Positions 61,191 to 64,000 of a stretch of 64,000 nt of DNA are shown one piece after another. Positions within the stretch are counted from its first letter, which is position 1; the number at the start of each line of letters is the position of its first letter. This DNA is from Chrysomallon squamiferum (Eukaryota > Animalia > Mollusca). A program made the position numbers and the translations under genes. The notes below the pieces were generated by a model that saw only the letters and a list, made by a program, of their open reading frames with translations, made no database searches and was not told the DNA's origin. The stretch lies in the NCBI GenBank assembly GCA_012295275.1, contig CM022674.1, positions 2,666,001-2,730,000 on the forward strand, in the 5' to 3' direction.

Positions 61191-61352
61191 ACACACACAG
61201 ATAATAATTATAAAATAGTAGTTAATAGCAGTTTAAATTAGGAATACCCTTATTTGATGGATATTATTATTTTATTATTTAATATTTCTTTTTGTTGGCT
61301 GAGGTAATTTTAGATTTATTAATGATCGTTATTAATGTTCTTATTGCCATCA

Positions 61353-61393
<41 letters not shown>

Positions 61394-63802
61394 ATTATTA
61401 TTATTTCTTTTATTATTACTTTGGAATCTATTCAGTTTATTTATTTATTTATTTGTTTGCTTTTACTTTTATCTGTTTAATCATTAGAATATAATGAATG
61501 AATTTACATAAGAGATACTTGTACATATTTTTAATTACATGGTTTATTTTTTGATAATTTGCGTGGCAGAATGTTTTTGTTACCTTTTTTTGTGTGATAA
61601 CTAATTTTAGATCAAACTTCAACTTACTTCAAATTATAATTAACTGTATCTTTAATTAATAAATGAAAAGGAACAAATCAGGTTTGTTTCTCATGTGTTA
61701 CACACCCTGTTCTTACAGCTGGATGAACTAATTAAGCCAATTCCAGTAATGTTAGTGTAATAGTCACCGATGACCTGGTGTTTTTTATTTTATTCTGTTA
61801 CTAAATACATTGATAATAAAGAATAAAAAATAGGAAGAAGGAAAATACTAATTACAATAACAATAATAATAATAATAATAATAGAAAAATAAATAATCAG
61901 AAAATATCTTCTAGTACACAGAAATAAAAATCCTAATTTTTATATAGTTGAGACACGTTTATCAACTTTATGTACTTATGAATTTGGTATGTATATTTAT
62001 GTACTTGGTACAGATTTGCTAATATTAATTTATATACGTGCATTTAAATATTTTGTATATTTTGTTCATATATATGGCCCTGTCTAAGTTTCTTATGTTA
62101 AAGTGTCACAAAACTTTTTGTCTATGATTGTTAGGACAAGACAAGACAATATATATATAAAACCCACATAAAATTAACAGTATTTTCTCTAGTGGTACAA
62201 AACATATATTTTTACTTAACCCTGAAGACTGACTATCAGTGACAAAAGTGATTTTTAAAAAAGAAATTTGGTTGCTATTGACGTAGAAAATAAATGTTGA
62301 AATGTTACTGCATTTGATCTAAGTGTATAATAATACAGTATATATTCTGAAAATAAAGAAATAAAGATGTACAATTAAAAATGCATCACCACTATCAGAA
62401 TTACATCAATCATTAAATGACACATTGAGCCATCTTTCAATATTGAACCAGCTACCAGTTTCTTTAAGGACACTTAACATTAGTGGTTCTAATATTTTTA
62501 TTTGTTAGCACCTTTAACAGATAATGTTCCAATTTAAATTCATCTTTAAACACTCTGTAATTAATGCCTTGAGATGGCTCATGTTTGTATCTATTCCATT
62601 TTTGTAAGAACCAGTCAGGTACATTTTTTAAGAGTTTATTTTGTCCACAAGACATTCACTTGGACACATGAAGGTATGCTTCATAAAACAAAATAGATTC
62701 ATCTAGTACAGCTTTCATAGGAGATTTAGCATTTATACTACAGTTGTATGATAAGAAAATGTATAGAATAGCAGACAATTTAGATGTTTTACTTTAACAC
62801 TTATGGACATAAACCATAAATCTTGCTGTTGTCTTGTTAACACATAATATATATTTGACAAACATATCTAAATTACTAAAACCCCAGATCTGACAGCCAT
62901 ATAATAATATTGGTTTTATAGTTTTTTCAAACAAATCTGATAGTCGATGATTAAGTTATATTGATCTGCATTTTGTTAATACAGTTTTTGTTTCTGTATA
63001 AATAATGTATCTACACCATATTGTATAATTTGTTGTATCTATTCAAATGCTGTATTATTATTACTATATAGTTTTGCGCTTCTATTCAGCTATTATAATA
63101 CTGTGCATATTTAAGAAATTTTGACCTAAGTTTTACTTTTCACTGAAACACTGTGAAGGATTTATTGCACATATCAGTTTAAAAAGATGTAACTATATGT
63201 TATGGTTCCCTGTAATAAAACAATAGTAAAACCAATGCTAATTTTGAACAGGTTATTCAGTCGGTGAAAAGTCAAGCAGTTTAAAACTCAGATTTGTTAT
63301 ATTATTCATGATGACTTGATTTATTACTGGTGGTTATATTAGACTGTTTATATATGAAAATATCTGTTAAATAGGATATAATAATTAAAGCATGTATTTT
63401 AATGTTGAGCACAACATTTTTAATTTATATATTTTTTTCATTTCATAAAATGCTTGCTTTTTAAAATAAATTTGTATTTTGAAGTAAAATGTAATTTTTC
63501 AATATAATTATAATTTTAATGTATATTGTACTTTTTTTTTTACTTTCATTTGTTTTATTGTCAGACAAAATGAAATATCTGCATTTTTTTTTACTTGTTA
63601 ATATTGTTAATATAGATATATATATATATGTATATGTATGTATACACATACACATAATAATTATAAAATAGTAGTTAATAGCAGTTTAAATTAGGAATAC
63701 CCTTATTTGATGCATAATATTATTTTATTATTTAATATTTCTTTTTGTTGGCTGAGGTAATTTTAGATTTATTAATGATCGTTATTAATGTTCTTATTGC
63801 CA

Positions 63803-63837
<35 letters not shown>

Positions 63838-64000
63838 TGGGAATCTATTCAGCTTATTTCTTTCTTTCTTTGTTTGCTTTTACTTTTATCTGTTTAATCA
63901 TTAGAATATAATGAATGAATTTACATAACAAGATACTTGTACATATTTTTAATTACATGGTTTATTTCTTGATAATTTGCGTGGCAGAACGTTTTTGTTA
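56227..64000. repeat. Tandem repeat of ~2.5-kb units downstream of the NLR-like gene (first unit ~1.78 kb), continuing to the window edge
   Basis: Anchor gtttttgtttctgtataaataat(g/a)tatctacaccata at ~56227, 58007, 60482 and 62983. The first unit lacks a ~0.7-kb segment (junction near 57525). Confidence 0.95.
62360..62982 (-). mobile_element. Decayed 3' end of a non-LTR retrotransposon (LINE ORF2 C-terminal region); further copies at ~59860-60480 and ~57525-58005
   Basis: Minus-strand translation gives DLFEKTIKPILLYGCQIWGFSNLDM...FVKYILCVNKTTARFMVY, then WFLQKW...NYRVFKDEFKLEHYL...RTTN..P.ETGSWFNIER...GDAF. These match post-RT motifs of invertebrate LINE ORF2 (PILLYGCEIWG; YRxFKxxFxLExYL; ETGRW; GDEFH). 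Stops and deletions are present. Confidence 0.8.

Overview
AT-rich, microsatellite-dense animal genomic DNA with spliceosomal introns. The gene and repeat families point to a mollusc (inference). From left to right: (1) a 10-exon mitochondrial-clan cytochrome P450 gene (1703-7961, +) with one frameshift; (2) three small secreted 14-cysteine protein genes resembling the oyster cvSI (MEROPS I84) serine protease inhibitors, two of them head-to-head (9.3-16.0 kb); (3) an internally deleted Mutator/FLYWCH-type DNA transposon with terminal inverted repeats (17.6-18.9 kb); (4) a very large NLR-like gene on + (about 20.7-56.5 kb); (5) a ~2.5-kb tandem repeat carrying a LINE remnant, running to the window end. 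I reconstructed the exons of gene (4) by hand. They give eight tandem copies of an ATG-bearing, frame-symmetric 120-nt exon inside a ~1.9-kb array, then a small exon with a RHIM/cRHIM-like motif (VSNNRNVVFGNQ), then an 11.3-kb terminal exon encoding an nSTAND3-type NTPase and about 80 ankyrin repeats. The ankyrin repeats are arranged as shuffled two-repeat cassettes with hypervariable insert loops. This architecture (candidate amyloid motif, STAND NTPase, shuffled repeat sensor, no death domain seen) is the most interesting signal. Several single-base frameshifts may be assembly errors. All exon calls and family assignments come from reading the sequence by eye; no database search was run.
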